Positions 38,224-47,792 of a stretch of DNA of 64,000 nt are shown one piece after another. The position numbers and the translations under genes were made by a program. The stretch lies in contig JBPOGH010000002.1 in NCBI GenBank assembly GCA_051252135.1, positions 192,001 to 256,000 on the forward strand, written 5' to 3'. Origin of the DNA: Verrucomicrobiaceae bacterium (GTDB lineage: Bacteria; Verrucomicrobiota; Verrucomicrobiia; Verrucomicrobiales; Akkermansiaceae). The notes beneath the pieces were generated by a model, which did no database searches, was not told the origin of the DNA, and saw only the letters and a list, made by a program, of their open reading frames with translations. Numbering within the stretch: position 1 is the stretch's first letter; each line of letters starts with the position of its first letter.

Positions 38224-40788
38224 TTAGAGTTCTTTGCCGTTGATGTGGAGCTCGTGAATGGACCAGTAGAGTTTGTGTTTTCCGGTCTGGGTGATGCGGA
38301 GGAATTTGGCTTCGGTGGGATCGAAGTAGATTTCGGTGAGGGGGTTTTCGCCTTTGCCTTTGGCGAGTGGTTTGGACCATTTTTTGCCGTCGGTGGAGAC
38401 CTGGACTTCGTATTTGCGGGGGTAGTCTCCGGCGGAGGGGCGGGTGTCGAGGGTGACGGTGCTGATGCGGGAGAGTTTGGGGAATTCGACCTGGACCCAC
38501 ATGCCGGGCCTCATGCTGGAGCCGGTGGTGTAGCGGGATTTGGGGTCGCCATCGATGCAGCCGTTGAGATCCTTGGCGCCATTGCTGGCGGTGAGCTTCC
38601 AGTCCTGGCGGTTGGCGAGGACGGGGGGTGAGAGGTCTTCGAGTTCCTGTTGGGTCCAGGGTTCTTTACGGGAGCTGTGTTTTTTGCGAAGGGCGGCGAC
38701 CTGATGAGGGTGGGTGAGGCCGGCTTTGTTTCCGAAGGAGTTGCGGATGTAGGTGGTGACATCGGCGATCCATTGGTCGTCGTTGGTGGCCATGGCGACC
38801 ATGAGGCCTTCGTATTCCTTGCCATCGAGGTCACCGGTGAGTCCGTGGAGGAGGGTGCGGATGGGGGTGTCACCGTTGCCGGCGAGGCGTGGGTTGTTGA
38901 CGAAGGAGGGGGCGAGGAAGTGGCCTTTTTGGCCGGGCATGGGGGTGCCTTTGCCATCGGCTCCGTGGCAGGAGAAGCAGAGTTGCTGGTAGATAACCTG
39001 GCCGTTTTCCATGGATTTGGCGAAGGCGGCGCCGAGTCGCTGGCGGGCTTTTTCTTCCTGGAGGGCGCTGAGGGCGGAGCCCTGGAGGTTTTTGATGGCG
39101 TTGATGGTTTCGTTTTCCGAGTGGGAGGCGAGGAGGGCGTCGGTGAGGGCGATGAGCTTGGGGTCCTGGCTGCCGGAGGCGCCGATGGAGTTGACGGTTT
39201 GGATGACCATTTCGATGTCATCGACGAGGGCGGGGGAGGAGGAGAGGGTGTCGATGAGGGCTTGGTTTCCGCTGGCGAGGAAGGGCTCGGTGAGGCGGAC
39301 GGCATTGGTGCGGACGAGTGAGGATTGGTCGGCGAGGGCGAAGGCGGCGAGATCCGGGGTGAGTCGGGAGATGCCTTCGAGAGTCCAGAGGGCGTGGAGG
39401 CGGGCGAGCTCCGAGGAGTGGGAGCGGGCCATTTTTTCGAGGGCGGGTGCGACGGTGTCGCGGTCCTTGCGGAGGATGATGAGTTTTTGGGCGGTGTCAC
39501 GCCACCAGCCGTTGGGGTGGGCGAGGTGGGCGACGAGCTCGGCGGTGGATTCGTCGAGCATGCGGGGTTGCTTGTCGGGTTTGAAGGTGGGGTGGGTGAG
39601 GCGGTAGATGCGGCCTTTTTGGATGTTCTTGTGGATGCCCCATTTGTCGATGACGCCACGGAGGTAGGATTTTGGACGGGTCCAGTTGCCCTGCTGGATG
39701 ATGCCGCGGTGCATGTCGATGACCATCATGGCGCCGTCGGGAGAGGTGGTGGCCCAGAGGGGGCGGAAGTTGATGTCGCGGGTGCGGATGAACTCGGTGC
39801 CGGGGTAGGCGTTGGTGAGGACGGTTTTTCCGTCCTTGCGGGTGACTTTGGCGCGTCGGATGAGGCGGCCGACGGGCTCGGGGATGATGAGGTCTCCTTT
39901 GAGGTCGGCGGGGAGGCGGTCGCCACGGTAGATGCCTTGGCCGGCGCATCCGGTGAAGTTGTTGAGGCCACCACGGGCGTTGACGCGGCGGGTGCCGCCC
40001 TGGACATCGGGGACGTCGGCGATGGGGGAGACTTCGCGGAAGCCAGGAGCTTCCTGGCCGGAGAGGTCGAGGGCGCCGTATTTGATGGGTTGCTGGAAGT
40101 AGAAGGCGGGTTTTTCGCCGCCGGCGGCGGAGTAGTAGAGGCGGCCGGCGTCGTCCTGACCGATGCCCCATTGTCCACCGCCACGGGGAAGTGGTTGGAC
40201 TTCGAGTTTTTCGTCGGTGAAGCGGTAGGCTTTGTTCTCGTAGGTGATGTGGATGGAGTTATCGAGGTTCCAGATGAGGCCGGAGGGTTGGTGCTCCATG
40301 TTTCCGCCGCGCTTGCCGCCTTCGTAGATTTTGACTTTTTCGTCGGCGACGCCGTCGTTATCGGAATCGCGGTAGGTCCAGAGGTCGAGGGTGTTGGTGA
40401 TTCCGACCATGATGCGGTCATCGAGAGGGAGGACCATGCGGGGGAGGAGGAGGTTATCGATGAAGATGGAGTGCTTGTCGTAGGTGCCGTCGCCATTGGT
40501 GTCCTCGTGGCGGGAGATGCGGGAGGTGGGTTCCTGCTCGCCGGTGGCATCGGCATCCTGCATGTAGGTGCGCATTTCGACGACGTAGAGGGCGCCATTT
40601 CCGTCCCAGGCCATGGCGACGGGCTCGTGGATGTGGGGGTCGGAGAGGACGAGGTCGAGGGAGTAGTCGTCCTGGAGCTCGATGGATTTTTGGGCGTCCT
40701 CGATGGAGAGAAATCCTTTTTGATAAACTTTGTCGCCGGGGGCGGCGAGGAGCGGGGAAGTGAGGAGGAAGGGGAGAAGACGCTTCAT
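38224..40788 (-). CDS. PVC-type heme-binding protein: beta-propeller dehydrogenase-like domain, HEAT repeats, cytochrome c and F5/8-type discoidin domain
   Basis: Signal peptide; EPVAMAWD.NG, FRP, HPNGWWRDTAQ..I, CFSCH with distal Met, C-terminal DGD..SRYT/STDG..W/WSI.E. Confidence 0.88.
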   Translation of the reverse strand: MKRLLPFLLTSPLLAAPGDKVYQKGFLSIEDAQKSIELQDDYSLDLVLSDPHIHEPVAMAWDGNGALYVVEMRTYMQDADATGEQEPTSRISRHEDTNGDGTYDKHSIFIDNLLLPRMVLPLDDRIMVGITNTLDLWTYRDSDNDGVADEKVKIYEGGKRGGNMEHQPSGLIWNLDNSIHITYENKAYRFTDEKLEVQPLPRGGGQWGIGQDDAGRLYYSAAGGEKPAFYFQQPIKYGALDLSGQEAPGFREVSPIADVPDVQGGTRRVNARGGLNNFTGCAGQGIYRGDRLPADLKGDLIIPEPVGRLIRRAKVTRKDGKTVLTNAYPGTEFIRTRDINFRPLWATTSPDGAMMVIDMHRGIIQQGNWTRPKSYLRGVIDKWGIHKNIQKGRIYRLTHPTFKPDKQPRMLDESTAELVAHLAHPNGWWRDTAQKLIILRKDRDTVAPALEKMARSHSSELARLHALWTLEGISRLTPDLAAFALADQSSLVRTNAVRLTEPFLASGNQALIDTLSSSPALVDDIEMVIQTVNSIGASGSQDPKLIALTDALLASHSENETINAIKNLQGSALSALQEEKARQRLGAAFAKSMENGQVIYQQLCFSCHGADGKGTPMPGQKGHFLAPSFVNNPRLAGNGDTPIRTLLHGLTGDLDGKEYEGLMVAMATNDDQWIADVTTYIRNSFGNKAGLTHPHQVAALRKKHSSRKEPWTQQELEDLSPPVLANRQDWKLTASNGAKDLNGCIDGDPKSRYTTGSSMRPGMWVQVEFPKLSRISTVTLDTRPSAGDYPRKYEVQVSTDGKKWSKPLAKGKGENPLTEIYFDPTEAKFLRITQTGKHKLYWSIHELHINGKEL

Positions 40789-40872
40789 GTGTGAAATGTG
40801 GACTACGGGCACTTAGGAAAGGAAGTTGCGATTTTTGAGAAATTTTAGGGGATTGTCCGCGTAATGGGGGGC

Positions 40873-43095
40873 ATGAAATTTGTCAGACATCTTATTTTCG
40901 GGTTCCTGGTGGTGAATGGGGACGCGGAGATGCAGGAAGTGAAGGTGGGGGCGGGAGGTTTTGGGAGTTTGGAGGAGGCGCGGGATCATGTGCGGACCTT
41001 GAAGAAGGATGGGCCGGTGGTGGTGACGGTGGCGCCGGGGATTTATGGATTTGAGAAGGCGGTGGTTTTTGGTCCGGAAGATGGTGGAACGTTGGAGGCT
41101 CCGGTGACGTATCGGGCGGAGGGGGAGGTGATTGTTGATGGGTCGAAGGTGATTCCCTTGGGTGGTGCTGAGGTGGTGACGGCAGAGGAGGAGTTGCTGC
41201 GTTTGGCTGAGGTAGCGCGGGGGAACGTGGTGAAGGTGCCGGTGGAGGATGCGGGGTTGGTGAGGATTTTGAGGAGTGCGTCGCCAGTGGCCTCGCTGAT
41301 CATGCAGGATGGGGAGCTGCTGCGTCCGTCGCGGTTTCCGAATGTGGGGTTTGCGCATGCGAAGGAATTGATTTTGGCGGATGAGGGGACGCGTTTTCAG
41401 CATGATCCGGTGAGGGGGACGCGGGAGAAGCCAAACGGGGCGATTTTTACGCTGCGCGAAAAGCCGGCCGGGAGTTGGGGGCAGTGGAAGCGGGAGGTCG
41501 AGGCGCAGGAGCGGGCGATATCGACCGGTTACATTTGCTCGCAGTGGTATCGGGAAGTGATGCCGCTGCACTCGGTGAGCGAGCAGGGGGAGATTCGGTT
41601 TGTGACGCAGTCGCGCTACGGGCTGGAAGAGATGGTGGAGAAGTTTCAGTCGCGGCAGGCCTTTATGCATTTGATCTGTGAGATCGATGAGCCGGGGGAA
41701 TGGTATTTTGATCCGAAGGAGGAGGCGTTGTATTTTTGGCCGGTGGCCGAGGTGACGGAGAAGTCACGGTTGGCGGTGGCGGCGGGGAATGGTTTTTTGA
41801 CGGTGAATGGGGCGAGTCATATGCGCTTTGAGGGGTTTACGGTGCAGGGGGTTGTTTCGGGGAATATGGTGGAGATTTCGAGAGGCGAGGGGAATCGGGT
41901 GGCGGGGCTGACCTTGCGGAACTCGACGGCGGTAGCGATCTCGCTGGACGGGAAGAACAACGAGGTGCACGGGTGCGATGTTTATGATGTGACACGACTG
42001 GCGCGGGTGACGGGTGGGCGGGCGAATGAGAAGGAGATCACGGCGGGGGGGAATGTGGTGGCGAACTGCCATTTCTACCTGAATAAGTTGAGCGGGGTGG
42101 CGCCGACACTGGGGTTGAGCGGGACGGGGAATGTGGTGCGGAATTGTTTGTTCCACAATTTGCCGGGGCAGGCGTTGGTGTTTAACGGGAACGATCATCT
42201 CATTGCGAAGAACGAGTTTTTCAACATCGGGTTCGAGGAAGGAGATGGGGCGACGATTTACTCGGGGGCGCAGTTTTGGGGATACGGGACGCGGATTGAG
42301 CACAACTTTTTGCATCACATTATGTCGACGGACGGGATGATGACGCGGTCGGGGATCATGCTGGATGACCATGATTCGGGGAGGGAAGTGATCGGGAACG
42401 TCTTTTACAAGGCGGGGCACGGGTCGCTGGCGATCAATGGGGGGACGGGGCTGAAGGTGGAGGGGAACATTTTCATGGAGGGGAATTACGGGGTTTGGAT
42501 TCGGGTGATTGGGGATGTGAAGGGGCGGATTGCGAATTTGGCGAAATTTGAAACGGGGGAGCTGAAGCGGGGGGACAAGCATGATTATGTTTGGCGTTGC
42601 GAGCAGGTGGTGGGGAAGGAGGGTTGGAACAAGGCTCCGTGGACGAAGTATCCGACCTTTGCGAAAGTGATGAACCAGCCGAACGAGCGGCGATTTTATC
42701 CGATCGAGATCGGGGTGAAGGATACATGGGGATATGGGATGCATCATGAACTGACTTATGTGCATCCGCAGGCGCCGAAGGACGGGGTGGTTTTTGAGAA
42801 TACGCAGGAGCTGGATCCGGAGGTGGCCTTTGTGAATGCGGAGGCTTTGGACTTCCGGTATGCGGCGGGGCAGGGGGAGGGGAAGCCGGCGATTCCTTTT
42901 GGGGAGATCGGGCTTTATTTGGATGAATCGCGGAAAAATATGCCGGATCCGGGGCGGTATCGGGCGGCGATTGCGGACCACTACCGGGGGCGGCGATCGT
43001 CGAATTTACGGGCGAAATACGACTTCGACGGGGTGAATAAGACGATTTACTGGAACACGGGTGAGGTGCTGGAGAGGTTGCCGTTGAAAAAGTAA
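40873..43095 (+). CDS. Right-handed parallel beta-helix protein, putative glycoside hydrolase (GH141-like)
   Basis: EIDEPGEWYFD, repeated Asn-ladder coils, DG..IY, GI.LDD motifs. Confidence 0.75.
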   Translation: MKFVRHLIFGFLVVNGDAEMQEVKVGAGGFGSLEEARDHVRTLKKDGPVVVTVAPGIYGFEKAVVFGPEDGGTLEAPVTYRAEGEVIVDGSKVIPLGGAEVVTAEEELLRLAEVARGNVVKVPVEDAGLVRILRSASPVASLIMQDGELLRPSRFPNVGFAHAKELILADEGTRFQHDPVRGTREKPNGAIFTLREKPAGSWGQWKREVEAQERAISTGYICSQWYREVMPLHSVSEQGEIRFVTQSRYGLEEMVEKFQSRQAFMHLICEIDEPGEWYFDPKEEALYFWPVAEVTEKSRLAVAAGNGFLTVNGASHMRFEGFTVQGVVSGNMVEISRGEGNRVAGLTLRNSTAVAISLDGKNNEVHGCDVYDVTRLARVTGGRANEKEITAGGNVVANCHFYLNKLSGVAPTLGLSGTGNVVRNCLFHNLPGQALVFNGNDHLIAKNEFFNIGFEEGDGATIYSGAQFWGYGTRIEHNFLHHIMSTDGMMTRSGIMLDDHDSGREVIGNVFYKAGHGSLAINGGTGLKVEGNIFMEGNYGVWIRVIGDVKGRIANLAKFETGELKRGDKHDYVWRCEQVVGKEGWNKAPWTKYPTFAKVMNQPNERRFYPIEIGVKDTWGYGMHHELTYVHPQAPKDGVVFENTQELDPEVAFVNAEALDFRYAAGQGEGKPAIPFGEIGLYLDESRKNMPDPGRYRAAIADHYRGRRSSNLRAKYDFDGVNKTIYWNTGEVLERLPLKK

Positions 43096-43140
43096 GTCAT
43101 ATTTCTTCGCAACATTTGGCTGTTTTGCGATGTTTTAAGA

Positions 43141-44103
43141 ATGATGAAACACCTACTCATCCTTACTGCGTTGTTATTGCCGGCCCAAGGGCAGGATTTG
43201 TCAGAAGTCGACCGGCAGCTGCTTCTGGACAAGCTTCAGGAGATTCAGGAGTCGGCGAACTCGGCGGCGAAGAGCCGGTTTGGGACGGCTGTCTCGGCAT
43301 TTAAGGCGGCAGCGTCGAGCGATGTGGCGGCCCACGAGCTGTGGCTGAAGTGTGTGGAGAAAGTGGATTTCCAGGATGAAGCGAAGAAGACCTCGGACTT
43401 TCGGGAATGGCGTAAGCGGCACAAGGATCGCACGGATAGCCCGGGGTTTCGGCGGGCGTTGCGTCATCAGCTGAATTGGTTGCTGCTCACGATCGAGGTG
43501 ACGCAGAATCCGGCGGCGATATCGGGGATGAGCGATCAGGCGATCAGTGCGATTGAGGCGATATTGGGGGATGGGCAGCTGTTGGAGAATCAGGGTCAGT
43601 TGCTGAAGGCATCGGTGCTGAGTTCGTATTTTGCGAGGGCGTATGATTTGGGTGGTTTGCAGGTGCAAGGGTGGTCGAATGCGCCGCTGAACATTGGGAC
43701 GATGTATGAGTTGATCATTTTGCCGCCGTGGCAGAATGAGGATTCGATCGAAAAATTGCGTCGTGGGTGGCTCAAGCGCATTGAGCATGAGGGGTTGGCG
43801 GTGAAGGCCTTTAGCCGTGAAGGAGAGAAGGACCGGATTCCGGAATTTGAAAAGTGGCTCGCGAATGACCGGCTGGGGCTGATGTGGAAGATGGAGGTCG
43901 ATCTTTTCCGGGCCGGGGACCAACGACCGGCAGCGCTTCGGATGCTGGATCATTTGAAAAAGAATCTGAATCACAATGATGCGAGTGCGTGGATCAACGA
44001 TTTCACGGCTTTGGTGAGCGGGAAAAAGCTTCCGGCCGAGATTGAAGCGGAGAAGAAGGAGTTGGATGGGAAGGCTCCGGCAACTCGCGTTCCCCAACCT
44101 TGA
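43141..44103 (+). CDS. Secreted hypothetical alpha-helical protein
   Basis: 320 aa with signal peptide; no recognised motif. Confidence 0.75.
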   Translation: MMKHLLILTALLLPAQGQDLSEVDRQLLLDKLQEIQESANSAAKSRFGTAVSAFKAAASSDVAAHELWLKCVEKVDFQDEAKKTSDFREWRKRHKDRTDSPGFRRALRHQLNWLLLTIEVTQNPAAISGMSDQAISAIEAILGDGQLLENQGQLLKASVLSSYFARAYDLGGLQVQGWSNAPLNIGTMYELIILPPWQNEDSIEKLRRGWLKRIEHEGLAVKAFSREGEKDRIPEFEKWLANDRLGLMWKMEVDLFRAGDQRPAALRMLDHLKKNLNHNDASAWINDFTALVSGKKLPAEIEAEKKELDGKAPATRVPQP

Positions 44104-44128
44104 CCTTCTTGGCCGTCCTGCCTAGCTT
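44100..44128 (+). promoter_or_regulatory. Sigma70-type promoter of ileS
   Basis: TTGACC-17 nt-TAGCTT followed by CCCGCCC. Confidence 0.55.
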
Positions 44129-44154
44129 CCCGCCCTATTTCAACTAGCGGCGCT

Positions 44155-46863
44155 ATGAGCAACCAAGACGGTAAATCCTACAAAGACACCCTGTTTCTGC
44201 CCAAGACAGACTTCCCGATGAAGGGGAATCTGACGGTGCGGGAGCCGGCTCGACTCGAACAGTGGAACTCCGAAGGTCTCTACGCGCGAATTATTGCGAA
44301 GCGGAAAGCCGAAGGTGCGCCACGCTTTATTCTCCATGACGGACCGCCCTTTGCGAATGGCGATGTGCACATGGGGACGGGCCTGAACAAGGTGCTGAAG
44401 GATTTCGTGGTGAAGTCCAAGACGATGGCGGGGTTTGAAACGCCGTATATCCCGGGCTGGGACTGTCACGGGTTGCCGATCGAATTCAAGGTGATGCAGG
44501 ACGAGGATGCGCGGGACGTGGAGCCGGCGGAGATTCGTCGTCGCTGCGAGACCTTTGCGCGCGGGTGGATTGATACGCAGCGTGAGTCGTTCAAGCGCTT
44601 GGGTGTTTTTGGTGATTGGGAGAATCCTTATCTCACCTTGGACCCGGGTTATGAGGCGAATATCATCCGGACTTTTGCGGCGTTGATTGAAAAGGGCTGT
44701 GTTTATCAGTCGAAGAAGCCGGTGCAGTGGTCGTATGGGGCCAAGACGGCCTTGGCCGAGGCCGAGGTGGAGTATCAGGACAAGAAGTCGACGGCGGTGT
44801 TTGTGAAGTTTTCGCTGCTGAATGCGGACAAGCTTCCGGAGGGGGCTTCGATTGCGATCTGGACGACGACTCCGTGGACGCTTCCGGCGAACCTGGGGAT
44901 TGCGGTGCATGAGCGTTTCACCTACACGATCGGGAAGTTTTCCAATGGGGAAACGATCATTGTGGTGCGTGATCTTTTGGCTGATTTTCAGGAGAAGACG
45001 GGGCTGACTCTGGAAGAGGAATTGGGTGAGATCAAGGGGGCGGAGCTTGAGAATCTGGAAGCGCAGCATCCGTTTCTGGATCGCACTTCCAAAGTGATTC
45101 TGGCGCAGTTTGTGACGACGGAGTCCGGAACCGGTGCGGTGCATATTGCGCCCGGACATGGAGCGGATGACTACGCGATTGGTCAGCAGACCGGATTGGG
45201 TGTGTTGAGCCCGGTGGACGACGACGGTCTCTTTACGGAGGAGTGCGGCGTGCCTGAATTGGTGGGAATGCACGTGTTTAAGGCGAATGCCCGCGTGGTG
45301 GAAATTCTTGAGGAGAAGGGTGCTCTTTTGGGTCAGGAGACCTATGCGCACAGCTATCCGCATTGCTGGCGCTCGAAGACGCCGATCATTTTCCGTGCGG
45401 TGGAGCAGTTCTTTATTTCGATCGATCAGCTGCGTGAAAAGGCGTTGAAGGAGATTGATGAGACGGAGTGGCTTCCGAAGTGGGGACGGAACCGGATATA
45501 CGGCACGGTGGAAGCCCGTCCCGACTGGTGTATCTCGCGTCAACGGACGTGGGGGGTTCCGCTTCCGGTGTTCTTTAAGGAAGATGGGGAGCCGATTGTG
45601 TCCGCTGAGTTGGCCAAGAAGGTGGCTGATTTGGTGGAGAAGGAAGGAACGAACGTGTGGTTTGAGAAATCGGATGCCGAGTTGGCGGAGATTTTTGGGC
45701 TTCCGGCGGGATCGACGAAGTGTCGTGACACGCTTGATGTGTGGATTGATTCGGGTTCGAGTCATGTGGCGGTGCTTGATGCGCATCCCGAGCTGAGTTG
45801 CCCGGCGGATCTCTATCTTGAGGCGACGGACCAACATCGTGGATGGTTCCAGAGCTCGCTGATGCTTTCGGTAGGGGTGCGGGACAAGGCTCCTTACAAG
45901 ACGGTACTGACGCACGGTTTTGTGGTGGACAAGGACACGGGTAAGAAGACCTCGAAATCCGATGCCAAGAAGAAGGGGAAGCCGACGGATGCGGCGCACT
46001 TTTACAACAAGTATGGTGCCGATATTATGAGGCTCTGGGTTTCCTCGGTGGACTGGCAGAACGAGGTTCCCTTTGGTGAGGACCTTTTCCAGCAAGTGGG
46101 CGAGCCCTACCGGAGGCTCCGGAATACTTTTAAGATTCTTCTCGGCAACATGCGTGATGAGAAGGTGGAGGAGCCGGAATCACTTCCCCTGATTGATCAA
46201 TGGGTCATGGCGCGTCTTCAGGTGATCATCCGGGAGGTACGAGAAGCTTACGAGAATTACGATTTCCGTAAGGTGTTTTCCCTGGTGAACCAGTTTGCGG
46301 CGAGTGACCTGAGTGCCTACTACATTGATATCACGAAGGATCGTCTTTATTGCGATGCGGAAGGATCGGCTCAGCGGAAAGCGAGTGTCTGGGTGATCGG
46401 GGAAATCTTTGATGCACTGGTGAAGCTTCTTGCTCCGGTTCTGGCCTACACGGCTGAAGAGGCATGGGAGCACGCAGGCCGTGAAGGCAGTGTGCATGAG
46501 CAGAAGTTTCCGGAGGTGAACGCAAAGTATGCAGACACGGGTGCGATCGATCAGGTGAACAAGCTTCTTGAAGTGAAGGCGGTGATGCAGACCGCGATCG
46601 AAGAAAAGGTGCAAGCCAAGGAGTTCAAGAAGAACAACGAAGCGAGCGTGACGCTGACGGTGCCATCGAATCATCCGTGTCTTGATCTCTTGAAGGATCA
46701 TGCCTTTGCGAGCGAGTTCTTCATTGTGAGCGAGCTTAAGGTGGAAGAGGGGAGCGCGCTCTCCGCGATTGTTACCGGGACGAGCCATGAGATGTGCCCG
46801 CGCTGCCGGAAGTATGAGCCGCTTGTCGGTGAGCTCTGCCAGCGCTGCACGGACGCGGTATAG
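44155..46863 (+). CDS. ileS: Isoleucine--tRNA ligase (type 1)
   Basis: HDGPPFANG.VHMGT, GWDCHGLPIE, WTTTPWTLPAN, WCISRQR, DQHRGWF, KTSKS, C-terminal zinc finger. Confidence 0.97.
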   Translation: MSNQDGKSYKDTLFLPKTDFPMKGNLTVREPARLEQWNSEGLYARIIAKRKAEGAPRFILHDGPPFANGDVHMGTGLNKVLKDFVVKSKTMAGFETPYIPGWDCHGLPIEFKVMQDEDARDVEPAEIRRRCETFARGWIDTQRESFKRLGVFGDWENPYLTLDPGYEANIIRTFAALIEKGCVYQSKKPVQWSYGAKTALAEAEVEYQDKKSTAVFVKFSLLNADKLPEGASIAIWTTTPWTLPANLGIAVHERFTYTIGKFSNGETIIVVRDLLADFQEKTGLTLEEELGEIKGAELENLEAQHPFLDRTSKVILAQFVTTESGTGAVHIAPGHGADDYAIGQQTGLGVLSPVDDDGLFTEECGVPELVGMHVFKANARVVEILEEKGALLGQETYAHSYPHCWRSKTPIIFRAVEQFFISIDQLREKALKEIDETEWLPKWGRNRIYGTVEARPDWCISRQRTWGVPLPVFFKEDGEPIVSAELAKKVADLVEKEGTNVWFEKSDAELAEIFGLPAGSTKCRDTLDVWIDSGSSHVAVLDAHPELSCPADLYLEATDQHRGWFQSSLMLSVGVRDKAPYKTVLTHGFVVDKDTGKKTSKSDAKKKGKPTDAAHFYNKYGADIMRLWVSSVDWQNEVPFGEDLFQQVGEPYRRLRNTFKILLGNMRDEKVEEPESLPLIDQWVMARLQVIIREVREAYENYDFRKVFSLVNQFAASDLSAYYIDITKDRLYCDAEGSAQRKASVWVIGEIFDALVKLLAPVLAYTAEEAWEHAGREGSVHEQKFPEVNAKYADTGAIDQVNKLLEVKAVMQTAIEEKVQAKEFKKNNEASVTLTVPSNHPCLDLLKDHAFASEFFIVSELKVEEGSALSAIVTGTSHEMCPRCRKYEPLVGELCQRCTDAV

Positions 46864-46893
46864 GCCGGAATTTACCGGGAGAGAGCGGAATTT

Positions 46894-46917
46894 CACCCAC
46901 CGGATGGTGGGTGGTTT
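46894..46917 (+). terminator. Hairpin downstream of ileS
   Basis: CACCCACC-GGAT-GGTGGGTG followed by GTTT (weak U tract). Confidence 0.4.
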
Positions 46918-47129
46918 GGCTGCCTACGTGCATCAGGAAGGTTGATGGAGTGATCGGGAAAGTAGGGCGTTGGATGATCGGGACGATGGTTAACAAGCGT
47001 GAATATTATTGACTTCAATAATTCCTCTTGACAGGATGGTGTCCATCTTGGTGGGGGTTGTTTAGGCGGCCCCAACCAAATTCCCCCCAATCCCCCCCAA
47101 CCCCCCAATATTTACCCCTGTTACGCGAT

Positions 47130-47726
47130 ATGAAGCGTTACCCAAGCATCTGGGGCCTGGCAATTTTTCCTTGCTGGCTTCTGGCAGATAGCCCCGTTCC
47201 CTCACCACTTGATTGGTCGGGAGACTCCCCGGTTTCCTACTTTGAGCGCCTGAGTTTTGACTTTAGTGACGCCGATTCGGCATTGGAGCCGGATGAAGGA
47301 GTCATTCCGTCCACTGATTTGATTCGTTTTGGTGACGAAAAGCACGAGTCGGGAGAGGCTCATTTTGAATTTGAAGGAATAGGAACGGGATTCGAACCGG
47401 TTGAGCAGACGGGTCAGCTTTTCGAGGGTGGATTTTCCGCAGGGTTGGAGCTGGATGAGGGTCGGGTGGAGAGCGCCGCAGAGCCCAAAGCGATCGATTT
47501 GGGACTGAGCGGGTCCGGAATTGACGGCGTGTTGCAAGTCGGTGGTGCCGGAGAGGGCAACTTTCTGAGTTCGATGAGTTCGGGGAATCCGGAGTATATC
47601 GGACTGGAATCGACCGGTGACAACGGATTTCTAAATGACTTCGATCACAATTCCTTTCCGAGTTTAACCACGGTGATGGTCTGCTTCTTTTTGCTAGGTT
47701 TCGTGGCCTGGAATAGCAGGGCCTAG
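47130..47726 (+). CDS. Acidic secreted hypothetical protein with C-terminal TM anchor
   Basis: Signal-like N-terminus MKRYPSIWGLAIF; Asp/Glu/Gly/Ser-rich; C-terminal FPSLTT-hydrophobic-NSRA. Confidence 0.6.
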   Translation: MKRYPSIWGLAIFPCWLLADSPVPSPLDWSGDSPVSYFERLSFDFSDADSALEPDEGVIPSTDLIRFGDEKHESGEAHFEFEGIGTGFEPVEQTGQLFEGGFSAGLELDEGRVESAAEPKAIDLGLSGSGIDGVLQVGGAGEGNFLSSMSSGNPEYIGLESTGDNGFLNDFDHNSFPSLTTVMVCFFLLGFVAWNSRA

Positions 47727-47792
47727 GTTAGGCCGGTGATCGTGGCGCTGAGGTCCTGAGGACGTTGGTCGTCCGGGGAATCGAGGGCGCTG

